NCBI GenBank assembly: GCA_963812605.1
Contig: CAWEWF010000001.1
Span: 32,001-96,000 of the forward strand
Source: an uncultured Verrucomicrobiae bacterium
Lineage (GTDB): Bacteria > Verrucomicrobiota > Verrucomicrobiia > Palsa-1439
Direction: 5' to 3'
Length of the DNA stretch: 64,000 nucleotides
In this document: positions 8,679 through 19,693 of the stretch, piece by piece
How positions within the stretch are numbered: position 1 is the first letter of the stretch
Layout of the letters: each line of letters begins with the position of its first letter
Notes under the pieces: model-generated
Database searches by the model: none
Told to the model about the DNA's origin: nothing
What the model saw: only the letters and a program-made list of their open reading frames with translations
Position numbers and translations under genes: made by a program

Positions 8679-10758
8679 CTGGCCGGAAAAACGGCAGGTG
8701 ATCGGGCAGGGAACGCAGCGTGTGGACGCCCCCGCAAAAGTCACCGGTGCGGCCAAATACAGTTCCGATGTCCAGCCCGACGGCTGGCTCTATGGCATGA
8801 TTTATCGGTCACGTTGGCCCGCCGCCAAGGTGACGAGCATCAATCTCGAAAAGGCCAAACAAATTCCCGGCATCAAAGCCGCCGTCGTCGAGCGCGATGG
8901 CGAGCGGACCGTCCGCTTCTACGGCGATGAACTGGCCGCGGTTGCGGGCACCTCGAGACAGGCGTGCCTCGACGCGCTGCTCGCCATCGAAGTCGAAGCC
9001 ACGCCACTGCCGTTCGTGGTGAAGGAAGAAAAAGCCCGGAATCCGGATTCGCCACGAGTGTGGCCCGACGCGGCCAATCTTTCCGAGCCGAATGTGAAAG
9101 AGAAGGGTGATGTCGACAAGGCGTTCGCCGCGGCGGCGGCGGTCGTCGAAGGTTTCTTTACGACGCCGACCCAACTTCACCAACCACTCGAAACCCACGG
9201 CAACACCGTTTCCGTGACCTACGACGGCGTGACCTGCTGGGCCTCGACCCAGGGCATTTTCAGCGTCCGCGATGGCCTGGCCGATTATCTCGAAGTGCCC
9301 CACGAAAGGGTCCGCGTCATCACCGACTACATGGGCGGCGGTTTCGGCGCGAAATTTGGCCCGGGCGCGGAAGGCGGGCTGGCGGGACGGCTCTCCAAGG
9401 CGGCCGGCGCGCCGGTCAAGTTGATGTTGACGCGCTTCGATCAATCTCTGGCCGTTGGCAACCGTCCCTCATCCTTTCAGCGAATCAAGTTGGGCGCGGA
9501 CGCGGACGGCAAGCTGGTCGCCTTTGAGATGGATGCCTTCGGCACCGCCGGTATCGGCGCGGGTTCGTCCTCGGCGGGCGGCGGCGGGGGCGCTGGTTTT
9601 CCGGCGCCGTACATTTATGTGGTTCCCAATATCCGCGTGAAGCAATCCTCGGTCGCGATCAACGCCGGCCAGTCCCGCGCCTTCCGCGCGCCCGGCCATC
9701 CCATCGCCTCGTTCGGCATGGAATCGATCGTCGACGCGCTGGCGGCGAAGTTGAAGATGGATCCGGTGGAACTGCGCTTGAAGAATGACCCGAACAAGAT
9801 TCGCCAGCGCGAATACGCCATCGGCATCGAACGCTTCGGCTGGAAACAAAAATATAAACCGCCGGGCTCGTCGTCGGGGCCGATCAAAGTGGGCATCGGC
9901 TGCGCGGGCGCGACCTGGGGCGGTGGCGGGCACGGCTCGGAAGCGGAAGTGCGGATCAACCCCGACGGGAGCGTGGAAGTCCGCTGCGGCACGCAGGACT
10001 TGGGGACGGGTACGCGCACGCTCGTGGCCGTCGTCGCCGCGGAAGTTTTTGGGCTCAAGCCGGGACAAATCACCGCCAAAATCGGTGATACGCAGTTCCC
10101 GCCCTCGGGCGGCAGCGGCGGCAGCAGCAGTGCGGCGTCGGTTTGCCCTGCCATCTACGACACTTGCACGAATGCGCTCCGGGACTTGCAGGAAAAGTCG
10201 GGGATGGCCGACGCGCGCGGGGAGAATTGGTTGGCAGCCTGCCGGAAACTCGGCGTGAATCCGCTCACGTCACATGGGAAATGGCAGGAGGGGCTTTCTT
10301 CGAGCGGCGCGGGCGGCGTCCAGTTCGCCGAGGTCGAGGTGGACACCGAAACCGGCTTTGTGAAGGTCCGCAAAATATTGTGCGTGCAGGATTGCGGACT
10401 GGTCGTTGACAAGCTCACCTGCGAGACGCAGATCAACGGCGGCGTCATCATGGGCCTGGGCTATGCGCTGTATGAAGAGCGGGTGATGGACTCCGCCACG
10501 GGCGTGGTGTTGAATCCCAATTTTGAAACCTACAAGGTGCCCAATTTCGCGGACGTCCCGGAGATCGAGGTGATCTTGATGGACATGCCCGAGCGCGGCG
10601 TGATTGGCATCGGCGAACCCGCCACGATCCCGACCGCTGCGGCGATTGCGAATGCCGTCGCCAACGCGATCGGCGTTCGCGTCAACAGTCTCCCGATGAC
10701 CCCGGCCCGCGTCCTTGCCGCGTTGGGCAAGGTCGGGAAAGCGGACGCAAAAGCATGA
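8671..10758 (+). CDS. Molybdopterin-binding subunit, xanthine dehydrogenase family (PaoC/YagR-like)
   Basis: RVDAPAKVTGAAKY, WASTQ, MGGGFGAK, AFRAPG, QDLGTG, GIGEP (catalytic Glu). Confidence 0.95.
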   Translation: MLSWPEKRQVIGQGTQRVDAPAKVTGAAKYSSDVQPDGWLYGMIYRSRWPAAKVTSINLEKAKQIPGIKAAVVERDGERTVRFYGDELAAVAGTSRQACLDALLAIEVEATPLPFVVKEEKARNPDSPRVWPDAANLSEPNVKEKGDVDKAFAAAAAVVEGFFTTPTQLHQPLETHGNTVSVTYDGVTCWASTQGIFSVRDGLADYLEVPHERVRVITDYMGGGFGAKFGPGAEGGLAGRLSKAAGAPVKLMLTRFDQSLAVGNRPSSFQRIKLGADADGKLVAFEMDAFGTAGIGAGSSSAGGGGGAGFPAPYIYVVPNIRVKQSSVAINAGQSRAFRAPGHPIASFGMESIVDALAAKLKMDPVELRLKNDPNKIRQREYAIGIERFGWKQKYKPPGSSSGPIKVGIGCAGATWGGGGHGSEAEVRINPDGSVEVRCGTQDLGTGTRTLVAVVAAEVFGLKPGQITAKIGDTQFPPSGGSGGSSSAASVCPAIYDTCTNALRDLQEKSGMADARGENWLAACRKLGVNPLTSHGKWQEGLSSSGAGGVQFAEVEVDTETGFVKVRKILCVQDCGLVVDKLTCETQINGGVIMGLGYALYEERVMDSATGVVLNPNFETYKVPNFADVPEIEVILMDMPERGVIGIGEPATIPTAAAIANAVANAIGVRVNSLPMTPARVLAALGKVGKADAKA

Positions 10759-11718
10759 AGTCCTTCCAATACGTTTCTCCGCGCACCGTCGACAGCGCCG
10801 TTTCGCTGGCCGCTGACCAGGGACGCTTCCTGGCCGGGGGTATCGACATTCTCGGCGAGATGAAGGACTACATCGCCAGCCCGCGGTTGCTGGTGAACGT
10901 CAAGGACCTGCCCGGTCACCCGCGAGATTACTTCCGGCAAGGAATCCTGGACGATTGGCACGAATGTCACGATTGCCGAGATCGAGCAACACGCGGAATT
11001 GAAGCGCGTTTTCCCTGGCTTGCAGCAAGCCGCGGCGGAGGTCGGTTCGCCGCAGATTCGAAATGTCGCCACCGTCGGCGGCAATCTCGCGCAGCACTCC
11101 CGCTGCTGGTATTACCGCCATCGCGACATCCGCTGCCTGAAACGGGGCGGTGACACCTGTTATGCGCGCGACGGGGAGAATAAATATCACAGCCTGTTTT
11201 CCGGCAACCCGTGCATCAGCCCGGTCGTGTCCAATCTCGCCATCGCGCTGGCCGCACTCGACGCGAAGGTCATCGTCCGTCGCGGTAAGGAAGAAGTGGC
11301 GATGACGATCCCCGAATTCTACGCGAAGGCTTGGGAGAATCCCGAGGCGCACAATTCGTTGGCAGGAACCGATTTGATTCTTCGCGTGCAAATCCCCGAC
11401 GCGGGTCGCCAAAGCGCGTATCAACAGGTCAGCGAAAAGGCCAGTTTTGACTGGGCCCTGGTCAGTTGCGCCGCCGCCGCGAAAGTTGATGGCGGTAAGT
11501 TGAGCAAAGTGCGCGTCGTTCTCGGCGCGGTCGCGCCGATTCCCTGGCAGGTCCAGGCAGCGCACGATTTTCTCGAAGGCAAGAAGCTGGATGACGATGT
11601 CGCCACGCATGCCGCCGAGATGATCCTGAAGGACGCCGCTCCGCGGGAGCACAACGGCTACAAAGTGCCCATCGCCCAGGCGCTGATTCGCCGAACCCTG
11701 AAACTACTCATCGGGTGA
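10755..11718 (+). CDS. FAD-binding subunit with [4Fe-4S] insert (PaoB/YagS-like); one frameshift near 10916
   Basis: LAGGIDIL, VGSPQIRNVATVGGNLAQHSRCWYYR...CLKRGGDTC...C; two ORFs join if one base is removed at ~10915-10917. Confidence 0.9.
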
Positions 11719-11721
11719 ACC

Positions 11722-11928
11722 ATGAACACGCCCCTCTGCAAATATCTTCGCACGAAGAAAATGTTTATCCCCGCGCACGAAGCCGAAGCGCTGACCGAGC
11801 CGGCGGAAGCCGGCGCCGATGCGGATGCCTTCTACTGGTGTAATTGCACGCTCAGCGAAATCGGTTCCGATGACAAACCCGCCCATCTCCGTGCTTGCAT
11901 CCCGGGCCGCGCCTGCTTCAAGGAATAG
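11722..11928 (+). CDS. Small 5-Cys hypothetical protein (68 aa)
   Basis: Starts 3 bp after the FAD subunit stop; CKYLRTK...YWCNCT...GSDD...C..GRAC. Confidence 0.7.
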   Translation: MNTPLCKYLRTKKMFIPAHEAEALTEPAEAGADADAFYWCNCTLSEIGSDDKPAHLRACIPGRACFKE

Positions 11929-12085
11929 TCGGTGTAACGCAGGTCGCTCCCCGTTGCCAGCCCGGGCGCAACCCATAAACAACGTCCCTTCAGGGACTTG
12001 ACCTGCCTGCTAGAATTGAACGCAGTTGTCACAGCTCCTGTCAAAAAAGTCAGCTTCAAGTTGTGAACCTCAAGAGGATGAAATA

Positions 12086-13075
12086 ATGGAACAAGGAATC
12101 GGCGCAATTAACGAACAGGTCAAACGCGAAAGCGAATTTGTACGGGTGCTGGTCGGCGAAATCGGCAAGGTCATCGTCGGCCAAAAATATCTCATCGAGC
12201 GGCTGTTGATCGGGCTCCTGGCGGACGGGCATGTCCTGCTCGAAGGCGTGCCGGGCCTGGCGAAAACGCTGTCGGTGAAAACGCTGTCGGCGGCGATCCA
12301 GACGACGTTCCATCGCATCCAGTTCACGCCCGACCTGCTGCCCGCCGACGTGATCGGCACGTTGATCTACAATCCCAAGGACGGCGAGTTCCGGATCAAG
12401 AAAGGCCCCGTGTTCGCCAATCTGATTCTCGCCGACGAAATCAATCGCGCCCCCGCGAAAGTGCAGAGCGCGTTGCTCGAAGCGATGCAGGAGCGCCAGG
12501 TCACCATCGGCGACCAGACGTTCAAGCTGCCCGAGCCGTTTCTGGTGCTCGCCACGCAGAACCCGATTGAACAGGAAGGCACCTATCCGCTGCCCGAAGC
12601 GCAGGTTGACCGCTTCATGCTCAAGCTGTCGATCGATTATCCGAGCAAACAGGAAGAGCGCGAGATCATGGATCGCATGGCCGAGACGGGCAAACACATC
12701 GTCACGCAGGCGGTCGTCACCCCGGAACAGATTTTACGCGCGCGCAAGGTGGTCGACTCCATCTACATGGACGAGAAGATCAAGAATTACATCGTCGATC
12801 TCGTCTTCGCCACGCGCGATCCCAAGTCCTACAACATCGATGTCGCCGGCCTCATCCAGTACGGGGCCTCGCCGCGCGCCACGATTTACCTGGCGGTCGC
12901 CGCAAAAGCGTACGCGTTCCTCCAGGGCCGGGGTTACGTGACGCCGCAGGACGTGAAAACCATCGGCATGGATGTCCTCCGCCATCGCGTCATCGTCAGC
13001 TACGAAGCCGAGGCCGAGGAAATGACCAGCGAAGATGTCATTAAACGAATTTTCGACGAAGTGCCTGTACCGTGA
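12086..13075 (+). CDS. moxR: MoxR family AAA+ ATPase
   Basis: HVLLEGVPGLAKT, RIQFTPDLLPAD, LADEINRAPAKVQSALLEAMQE, ATQNPIEQEGTYPLPEAQVDRF, GASPRA. Confidence 0.97.
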   Translation: MEQGIGAINEQVKRESEFVRVLVGEIGKVIVGQKYLIERLLIGLLADGHVLLEGVPGLAKTLSVKTLSAAIQTTFHRIQFTPDLLPADVIGTLIYNPKDGEFRIKKGPVFANLILADEINRAPAKVQSALLEAMQERQVTIGDQTFKLPEPFLVLATQNPIEQEGTYPLPEAQVDRFMLKLSIDYPSKQEEREIMDRMAETGKHIVTQAVVTPEQILRARKVVDSIYMDEKIKNYIVDLVFATRDPKSYNIDVAGLIQYGASPRATIYLAVAAKAYAFLQGRGYVTPQDVKTIGMDVLRHRVIVSYEAEAEEMTSEDVIKRIFDEVPVP

Positions 13076-13957
13076 TCCCCAAGGAAGTCCTCAAAAAAGT
13101 CCGGCAGATCGAAATCCGCACGAACCGTGAAGTCACGGACGTGCTCGGCGGCCAATACCATTCCGTTTTCAAGGGGCATGGGATGGAATTTGAAGAAGTG
13201 CGCGAGTATCTGCCGGGCGATGAGGTGCGTTCCATCGATTGGAACGTCACGGCCCGCTTCGGCCATCCGTACATCAAGAAGTTCAAGGAGGAGCGCGAAC
13301 TCACCGTCCTCCTGATCGTCGATGTCAGCGCCTCGGGCCAGTTCGGCAGCGTCCGCCAGACCAAGAACGAGTTGGCCGCCGAGCTTGCCGCCGTGCTCGC
13401 GTTCTCCGCCATTCGCAACAACGACAAGGTCGGCCTCATCATGTTCACCGACCAGGTTGAAAAATACGTGCCGCCAAAAAAGGGGCGGCGCCACGTGCTT
13501 CGCGTGATCCGCGAGATCCTCGCGTTTCAACCAAAAGGCCGCGGGACAAACCTGAAGGCGGCGCTCGATTATCTCAACCACGTCCAATCACGGCGGGCGG
13601 TCACGTTTGTGCTCTCGGACTTCCAGGTGCCGGACGAAGAGACGGTCCGCAAGAAACTGCGTGTCGCCAGCAAGCGCCACGATGTCATTGCGCTGAGCCT
13701 GCGCGACCCGCGCGAAGAGGAACTGCCCGGCGGTCGGCCTGGTGGAACTTCGCGACGCGGAAACGGACGAGCGGGCCCTGGTCGACACTTTCGACCGAAA
13801 CGTCCGCGAACAGTTTGCTTTGAAATCGCGCCTGCGGCTGGAAGCGCTGCGCCGCCTGTTGCGGTCCGCCAGCGTCGACCACGTGGAGATTCGCTGCGAG
13901 GCGGATTACACGCTGCCGCTGATCAAATTTTTCAAAATGCGCGAGCGCCGAATCTAA
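13072..13957 (+). CDS. DUF58 protein; one frameshift near 13729
   Basis: GMEFEEVREYLPGDEVRSIDWNVTAR, VDVSAS, LSDF; C-terminus continues in ORF 13742..13957. Confidence 0.9.
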
Positions 13958-13958
13958 A

Positions 13959-14459
13959 ATGGAAGATATCCGCGACATTAAGGGGCTCGTCCCGCTACCG
14001 CACAATTGGTGGTGGCTGTGCTTGCTGCTCATTCTTGCCGCGGCGCTGGCATACTGGCTGTGGAAACGCCGGCAGTCAACCGACGCGACCCCGGCCCTCC
14101 CTCCACTGACGCCCTACGAACTGGCGATTCGCGCGCTCCAGCAGTTGCGCGAGGACAATCCGCCGGCGGAAGAATTCTACACCCGTCTCTCGGACATCGT
14201 CCGCCATTACCTTGAAGGGCGTTTCCACTTGCACGCGCCCGAACAGACGACCGAGGAGTTCCTCTATGAGGTCTCGGAGAACAACGTATTGACCCGGGAA
14301 CACAAGGATTTGCTCGGCGCATTCCTGCAGGAATCCGACCTCGTAAAATTCGCGCGGCATCATCCGGAGCCAGCGGACATGCAGCGGGCGCTGGAAGCCG
14401 CGGATAAGTTTGTGCATGATACGCAACCGCAGGCGCAGGAGGTCGTCGCGGCCGCATGA
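13959..14459 (+). CDS. Bat-operon membrane protein (DUF4381-like)
   Basis: 'DIRDIKG' N-terminus, one TM helix, 'FYTRLSDIVRHYLE...EQTTEEF...SDLVKFA'. Confidence 0.8.
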   Translation: MEDIRDIKGLVPLPHNWWWLCLLLILAAALAYWLWKRRQSTDATPALPPLTPYELAIRALQQLREDNPPAEEFYTRLSDIVRHYLEGRFHLHAPEQTTEEFLYEVSENNVLTREHKDLLGAFLQESDLVKFARHHPEPADMQRALEAADKFVHDTQPQAQEVVAAA

Positions 14460-15454
14460 AACTCGCAAGTCCATGGTTCCTGCTGCTCCTGTTGGTATTG
14501 CCGTTGTGGCTTTGGTGGGAGCAACGCCTGGCGCGGCAGGGCGGCCTGAAATACTCTTCCGTCGCGACGGCCCGGTCGTTGTCGTCCTTTTGGGCGTCAC
14601 TCGGCCCGGCGTTGTTGCTCCTACTGCGCGGGGCGACCCTGTTGTCGGTTGTGGCCGCGCTGGCGCGACCGCAATTGGGCCGCAGCGAAAGCAAAATCAG
14701 GACCGAAGGCATCGACATTGTCCTGGTTCTGGATATTTCCGGCAGCATGCAGGCGATGGACTACGAAAAGGGCGGGCAACGCCAATCGCGCATCGACGCG
14801 GTCAAAGACGTGGTGCGCGAATTCATCCGCGCCCGCTCCAACGACCGCATCGGGATGGTCGTATTCGGCACGCGCGCCTACGTGGCCAGCCCGCTGACGC
14901 TCGACCACGATTGGCTCGAACGCAACCTGGATCGGGTCCGCATCGGCCTGGTGGAAGGCAACACGGCCATTGGGGCCGGCATCGGCACAGCGGTCAATCG
15001 ATTGCGCGACACGAAGGCGAAGAGCAAAGTGATCGTGCTGTTGACCGATGGCGGCGAAAACGTCCGCAACCCGCCGGCGCTCGACGCGGCTAAAGCCGCG
15101 AAGGAATTCGACGTGCGCGTGTATACCATCGGCGCCGGTTCGCAAGGCGTCGCACCCATGCCGGTCTTCGACCAGGCCGGTAACCTCCGGGGATATCAAC
15201 AAATCGAAGCTGATTTGGACGAAGATCTGCTGAAGCAAATCGCGGCGACAACCGGCGGACAGTATTTCCGCGCCGCGGACACCGCATCGTTGCGGAAAAC
15301 CTATGCGCAGATTGATTCGATGGAGAAACAAAAGGTCGAGACGCTCGCCTACGAAGACTGGCAGGAGTTGTTCCCGTGGTTTCTGGCGCCGGGGTTGGGA
15401 TGCCTGCTGCTGGGTGTCACGCTCGAACAAACACGGCTGCGGAGGCTGCCGTAA
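14456..15454 (+). CDS. batA: BatA-like VWA domain protein
   Basis: LARPQ, DISGSM (MIDAS), DRIGMVVFG, PLTLD, TAIG, LLTDG, VRVYTIG. Confidence 0.88.
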   Translation: MKLASPWFLLLLLVLPLWLWWEQRLARQGGLKYSSVATARSLSSFWASLGPALLLLLRGATLLSVVAALARPQLGRSESKIRTEGIDIVLVLDISGSMQAMDYEKGGQRQSRIDAVKDVVREFIRARSNDRIGMVVFGTRAYVASPLTLDHDWLERNLDRVRIGLVEGNTAIGAGIGTAVNRLRDTKAKSKVIVLLTDGGENVRNPPALDAAKAAKEFDVRVYTIGAGSQGVAPMPVFDQAGNLRGYQQIEADLDEDLLKQIAATTGGQYFRAADTASLRKTYAQIDSMEKQKVETLAYEDWQELFPWFLAPGLGCLLLGVTLEQTRLRRLP

Positions 15455-16455
15455 TGCAATTTGGCAATCCAACGTCGTTCTGGCTGCTGCTCCTGGGACC
15501 GGCGTTGGGAGTGCTTTTGATTTGGGGATTTCGTGCGCGGCGCCGGGCGCTCGCGCAGTTTGCCGCCCCGCCACTGGCCGACCGGCTGGCCGATTCCGTT
15601 CGACCGGTCGCGCGCCGCTGGAAAGCCATTTGATTGTCATCGCGGTGTTGTTGGCGGCGCTGGCGCTGACCCAACCGCGGTGGGGGTTCGAATGGCGCGA
15701 AGTGAAACGCAACGGCGTGGACATCGCGGTCTTGCTCGACGTCTCCAAGAGCATGTTGACCGAAGACGTGCGGCCCAACCGGCTGGCGCAGGCGAAATAC
15801 GCCGTGCAGGATCTGCTGGAGAAAGCTCCGGGGCGACCGGATCGGTTTGATCGCCTTTGCGGGGACCGCCTTCGTGCAATGCCCGCTAACCGTGGACTAC
15901 GAAGCGTTCCGCCTGACCTTGAAGGATGCCGATCCACGAATCATCCCGCGCGGGGGCACGGCCATCGGGGTGGCGATTCGTACCGCGCTCAAAAGCTTCG
16001 AATCCGGCGAGGGACGCGACCGGGCGATCGTGCTCATTACGGACGGCGAAGAAACGGAAGGCGACGCGCTGGTGGCGGCGGACGAAGCGGCGAAGGCGGG
16101 CGTGAAGATATACACGATCGGTGTCGGCACGGCGGAAGGTGAGTTGATCCCCATCCGTGAAGAAGGGAAGCCGATGGAATTCCTGAAAGACCACGAGGGC
16201 CAGGTGGTCAAGTCGCGGCTGAACGAGGAGATGCTCAAGCAACTCGCGTTGAAGACGGGTGGCATCTACGTGCGCAGCGTGCCCGGTGACTTCGGCATCG
16301 ACACGATCTACGATAAAGGCATCGCGCAACTACAGCGCAAGGAATTTTCAGCGCAACTGCAGAAGCGTTACTACGAGCGCTTCCAATGGCCCCTGGGGCT
16401 CGCGTTTGCGCTGTTGGTCGTTGAATCCTTTGTCAGCGACAGGAGGACAGCATGA
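15454..16455 (+). CDS. batB: BatB-like VWA domain protein; two compensating frameshifts (~15630, ~15823)
   Basis: QPRWG, LDVSKSMLTEDVRPNRL, GDRIGLIAFAG, CPLTVD, LITDGE, spread over three ORFs. Confidence 0.82.
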
Positions 16456-17243
16456 GATTGTGGTGTCTCCTGTTGCTATTCCCATCCGTGGCGCTGGCGA
16501 AGACCGAAACCTGGCCGCGGTTTTACAATGACGGCGTGACGGCTTATCACAGCAACGATTTCGCACGCGCCGCAACGTTGTTTGAAAGCGCGACCGCCTC
16601 TCCCGATCGCGCCTTGCAGCAACGCGCGCTCTACAATTTGGGGAACACCAGTTACCGCCTCGGCGAAGCCAAAGCGCAGCAGGCGCAGCAGCTCTGGCAA
16701 CGGGCCGTCAAGAGCTATGAGAGCGCGCTTGCCCTCGACCCACACGATACCGACGCCAAATTCAATCACGATTTTGTGCAAAAAAAGCTCGAAGAACTGA
16801 AGAAACAGCAACAACAGCAGCAGCAAAATCAACAAAACCAGCAGGACAAAAAACAGGACCAGAAGAAGGACAAGGACCAACAGAAACAACAGCAGCAACA
16901 ACAAAATTCGCAGAGCCAGCAACAAAAACCCGAGAACCAGGAATCTCAACAACAGAAACAGCAGCAACAACAGCAGTCGCCGGAACAACAGAAACAGGAA
17001 CAGCAAAAGGCTGAGCAGAAACAGAAGGAGGACCAGCAGAAACAGCAGGCGCAGCAGCAACAGAAGGAGTCGCCCCCGGAACAGCAGCCCCAACCGCAGG
17101 GAGGTCAACCCGAGAATGAAGAGAAGCGGGAGGCCGCCGCGTTGCTCGACAATCTGCGCGAGGACGAACGCAATTGGAATTTCTTTCCCGAAGTCCAAAT
17201 GAAGGACTTGAAAGACTCGGGCGAACCGGCCAAGGATTGGTAA
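16452..17243 (+). CDS. batC: BatC-like TPR protein with Gln-rich linker
   Basis: YNLGN TPR, DAKFN, Q/K/E-rich tract, C-terminal KDW. Confidence 0.85.
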   Translation: MRLWCLLLLFPSVALAKTETWPRFYNDGVTAYHSNDFARAATLFESATASPDRALQQRALYNLGNTSYRLGEAKAQQAQQLWQRAVKSYESALALDPHDTDAKFNHDFVQKKLEELKKQQQQQQQNQQNQQDKKQDQKKDKDQQKQQQQQQNSQSQQQKPENQESQQQKQQQQQQSPEQQKQEQQKAEQKQKEDQQKQQAQQQQKESPPEQQPQPQGGQPENEEKREAAALLDNLREDERNWNFFPEVQMKDLKDSGEPAKDW

Positions 17244-17245
17244 CC

Positions 17246-18948
17246 ATGCGATCGTTCCTGATTCTCGGATTTCTGCTGGCTGCGACGCGCGTCTTCGCCG
17301 ATGTGTCCGTCGTTGCGTCCGTGGACAGGAACCGGATCAGCTTCGGCGAATCCGTCACGTTGACCATCGCGGTGCAAGGCGCACAAGACGCTGCGCCGCC
17401 AGCCATTCCGGCGGTGGATGGTTTGTCTTTTGGTGGCGCTTCCTTTCTGAACAGTTTTTCCATGGACAACGGGCAGACAAGTCATTCGCTCAACTTCACG
17501 TATCAAGTCACACCGGGTCGGATCGGCGAATTCACCATACCGGCGATTGCCGTGAATGTCGGGGGCAGGGATTATCTCACTGCGCCGATCAAGCTGGTCG
17601 TGGAGAAGGGGGGTGCGCAAGGCGAACTTGGGCAGGCGCTTTTCGGCCGCGTCAGCCTCTCTTCGCAGCAAGTCTACATCGGACAAACTGCGCCATTGGA
17701 TGTGGTTATTTACGCGCGCGCCGATGTTCCCCTGCGGGGTCTCAATGGGTTCAACTATCAAGCAGATGGTCTGGGCTACAAGTTTGTTCAGAGCATGAAA
17801 CTCAACAGCCAGGTCATCAATGGTGAATCGTTCAACGTCGGAGTAATCCAGGGAGCCATCTCGCCGATGACCACGGGCACGGTAAATTTTGGGCCGTGTG
17901 TCTTGAAGGCGCAACTAGCCGTCCCAAATCGTGGGGCCAACTCGCTTTTTGATGACATGTTCGGCCGCACACAGGTGCGTGAAGTGCCGATCACGATCGA
18001 TGCCGTGCCGTTCACGGTTTTGCCACTACCGGAAGAGGGCCGGCCAGCGGACTTCTCCGGCGCGGTTGGCCAATGGAACCTCGAAGTGACGGCCAAGCCG
18101 GCAGAAGTGGCCGTCGGCGACCCGATCACGTTCACGATTAAAATCAGCGGCAACGGCAACATCGACACCGTCCCAGCGCCGAAGCTCGGCGCGCTGGATG
18201 AATTCAAGACCTATGAGCCGACGACGAAGACAACCAAGGACGACTTGAACACGACGGGTGAACGGGTCATCCAGCAAGTACTCATCGCCCGCAGCCCCGA
18301 GGTGAAACAGCTTCCCGAAGTACGCCTGGCCTATTTCGACCCGGTGGCCAAAGCCTACAAAACCGCGGTCCAGGCACCCATGAAACTTGTCGTGAAAGCC
18401 GGGCAGTGGCGGTCCAAGCACGATTGTCAGCGGCGGCAACCGGTTGCGGCCGGAAGAAAAACTCGGTCAGGACATTGTGTATCTCAAAGGCGATCTCGGC
18501 CCGGTCGCCGCCCGCCACGCCATTTTGCGCCACGCCGACGTTTTGGGCGCTGAACACCATGCCCGTGCTCGCGTTGCTGGGGGGAATCGGTTGGAAGAAG
18601 CGCACGGACAAACTGCGGGGCGACGTCGCCTACGCCCGCCGCGTGCGCGCCGCCCGGGAAGCGCGCAAACTTCTCGCCGCCGCGAAAAACTACGACGAAG
18701 TGCAACATGCGCTGCAGCATTATCTCGGCGACCGCCTGAACATTCCCGCCGCCGGCATCACCACTTCCATCGTGGAAGAAGAGCTTATACCACGCGGCGT
18801 GAACGGCGAACTGGCAGCGGATTTGAAGGCGTGTTTTGAGGCGTGCGATGCCGCACGCTTTGCCGGCGGAAGCGCCGGTACAACCCTGGCGGCCACACGG
18901 GAAAAAATAGAACAAGTGATTGATGAACTTGAGAAGATACATTTATAG
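17246..18948 (+). CDS. batD: BatD family protein; frameshifts near 18400 and 18510
   Basis: VASVDRNRISFGESV, GEFTIPAI, FSGAVGQW, VGDPIT..ISGNGN, YFDP; TM helix and C-terminal domain in ORF 18406..18948. Confidence 0.85.
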
Positions 18949-19686
18949 CGCGATCGTCCTCGTCTGGTTGCTTGGTTTGTCCACGGCATTGGCAGCGCCG
19001 GGCGACGACTTCAAGGCGGCCAACCAGCTTTACGACGCTGGTAAATTCGCCGAGGCAGCGGCGGCTTATGAGAAGATTGAGCCGAAGACGGCGCACGTGT
19101 ACTACAATCTGGGCAATGCCTGGTTCCGCGAGAACAAGCTCGGCCTGGCGCTCCTCAACTACGCGCGGGCGCGACGGCTGGCGCCACGCGACCCGGATAT
19201 TCTCGCAAATCTCAAGTTCGCCCAACAACGGCTCGGCGTGGATGAAATAAATACGCCACCGCGCGCCTTGCAGAGGCTGCTGCGGTCCGTAGTCGATAGC
19301 TTGCACCGCCAGCGAATGGAGCGTCGGCGAAGTGGTCGGGCCTTTGGTTGCTGGCGCTGGCCATTGGCGTGCGCGTTTATTTCCCGAAAATCCGCACGGC
19401 ATTCCTGGTCATCGCAGCGGCCGGTTTAATTGGATTCGGATTCTCGGCTTTTGCGCTGGGCTATCAGGTAATCAACGATCACGCGGCTCCCGAGGCCGTC
19501 ATCGTGGCAGGCGAGACGGAAGCGCGTTTTGCCCCGGTGGCTGATTCGACCGTTCATTTCCGGCTCGCGGAAGGCACCCAGGTGGCTATCCGGGAAGACC
19601 GGGGGCAATGGCTCTTCGTGGAACGCGCGGACGGCCAGCAGGGATGGGTGAAATCGGAAGCTCTTGGACGGATCACGAACTTCTGA
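18923..19686 (+). CDS. batE: BatE-like TPR + SH3 protein; frameshifts near 19300-19340
   Basis: ANQLYDAGKF, YYNLGNA, PRDPDILANL; C-terminal SH3 (FRLAEGTQV...W..V...DGQQGWV). Confidence 0.82.
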
Positions 19687-19693
19687 CAATCTT

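Noticed and set aside
11984-11997. GTCCCT-TC-AGGGAC hairpin as terminator of the molybdoenzyme operon
   Set aside because: Short stem with no U-tract; may be a REP remnant, but support is insufficient.
16790-17110. CAG/CAA-rich tract as a contingency or novel repeat
   Set aside because: It encodes the Gln-rich linker normal for BatC-like proteins.
12086-19686. MoxR-DUF58-VWA-Bat operon as a novel system
   Set aside because: Well-known, widespread Bat architecture in standard gene order.
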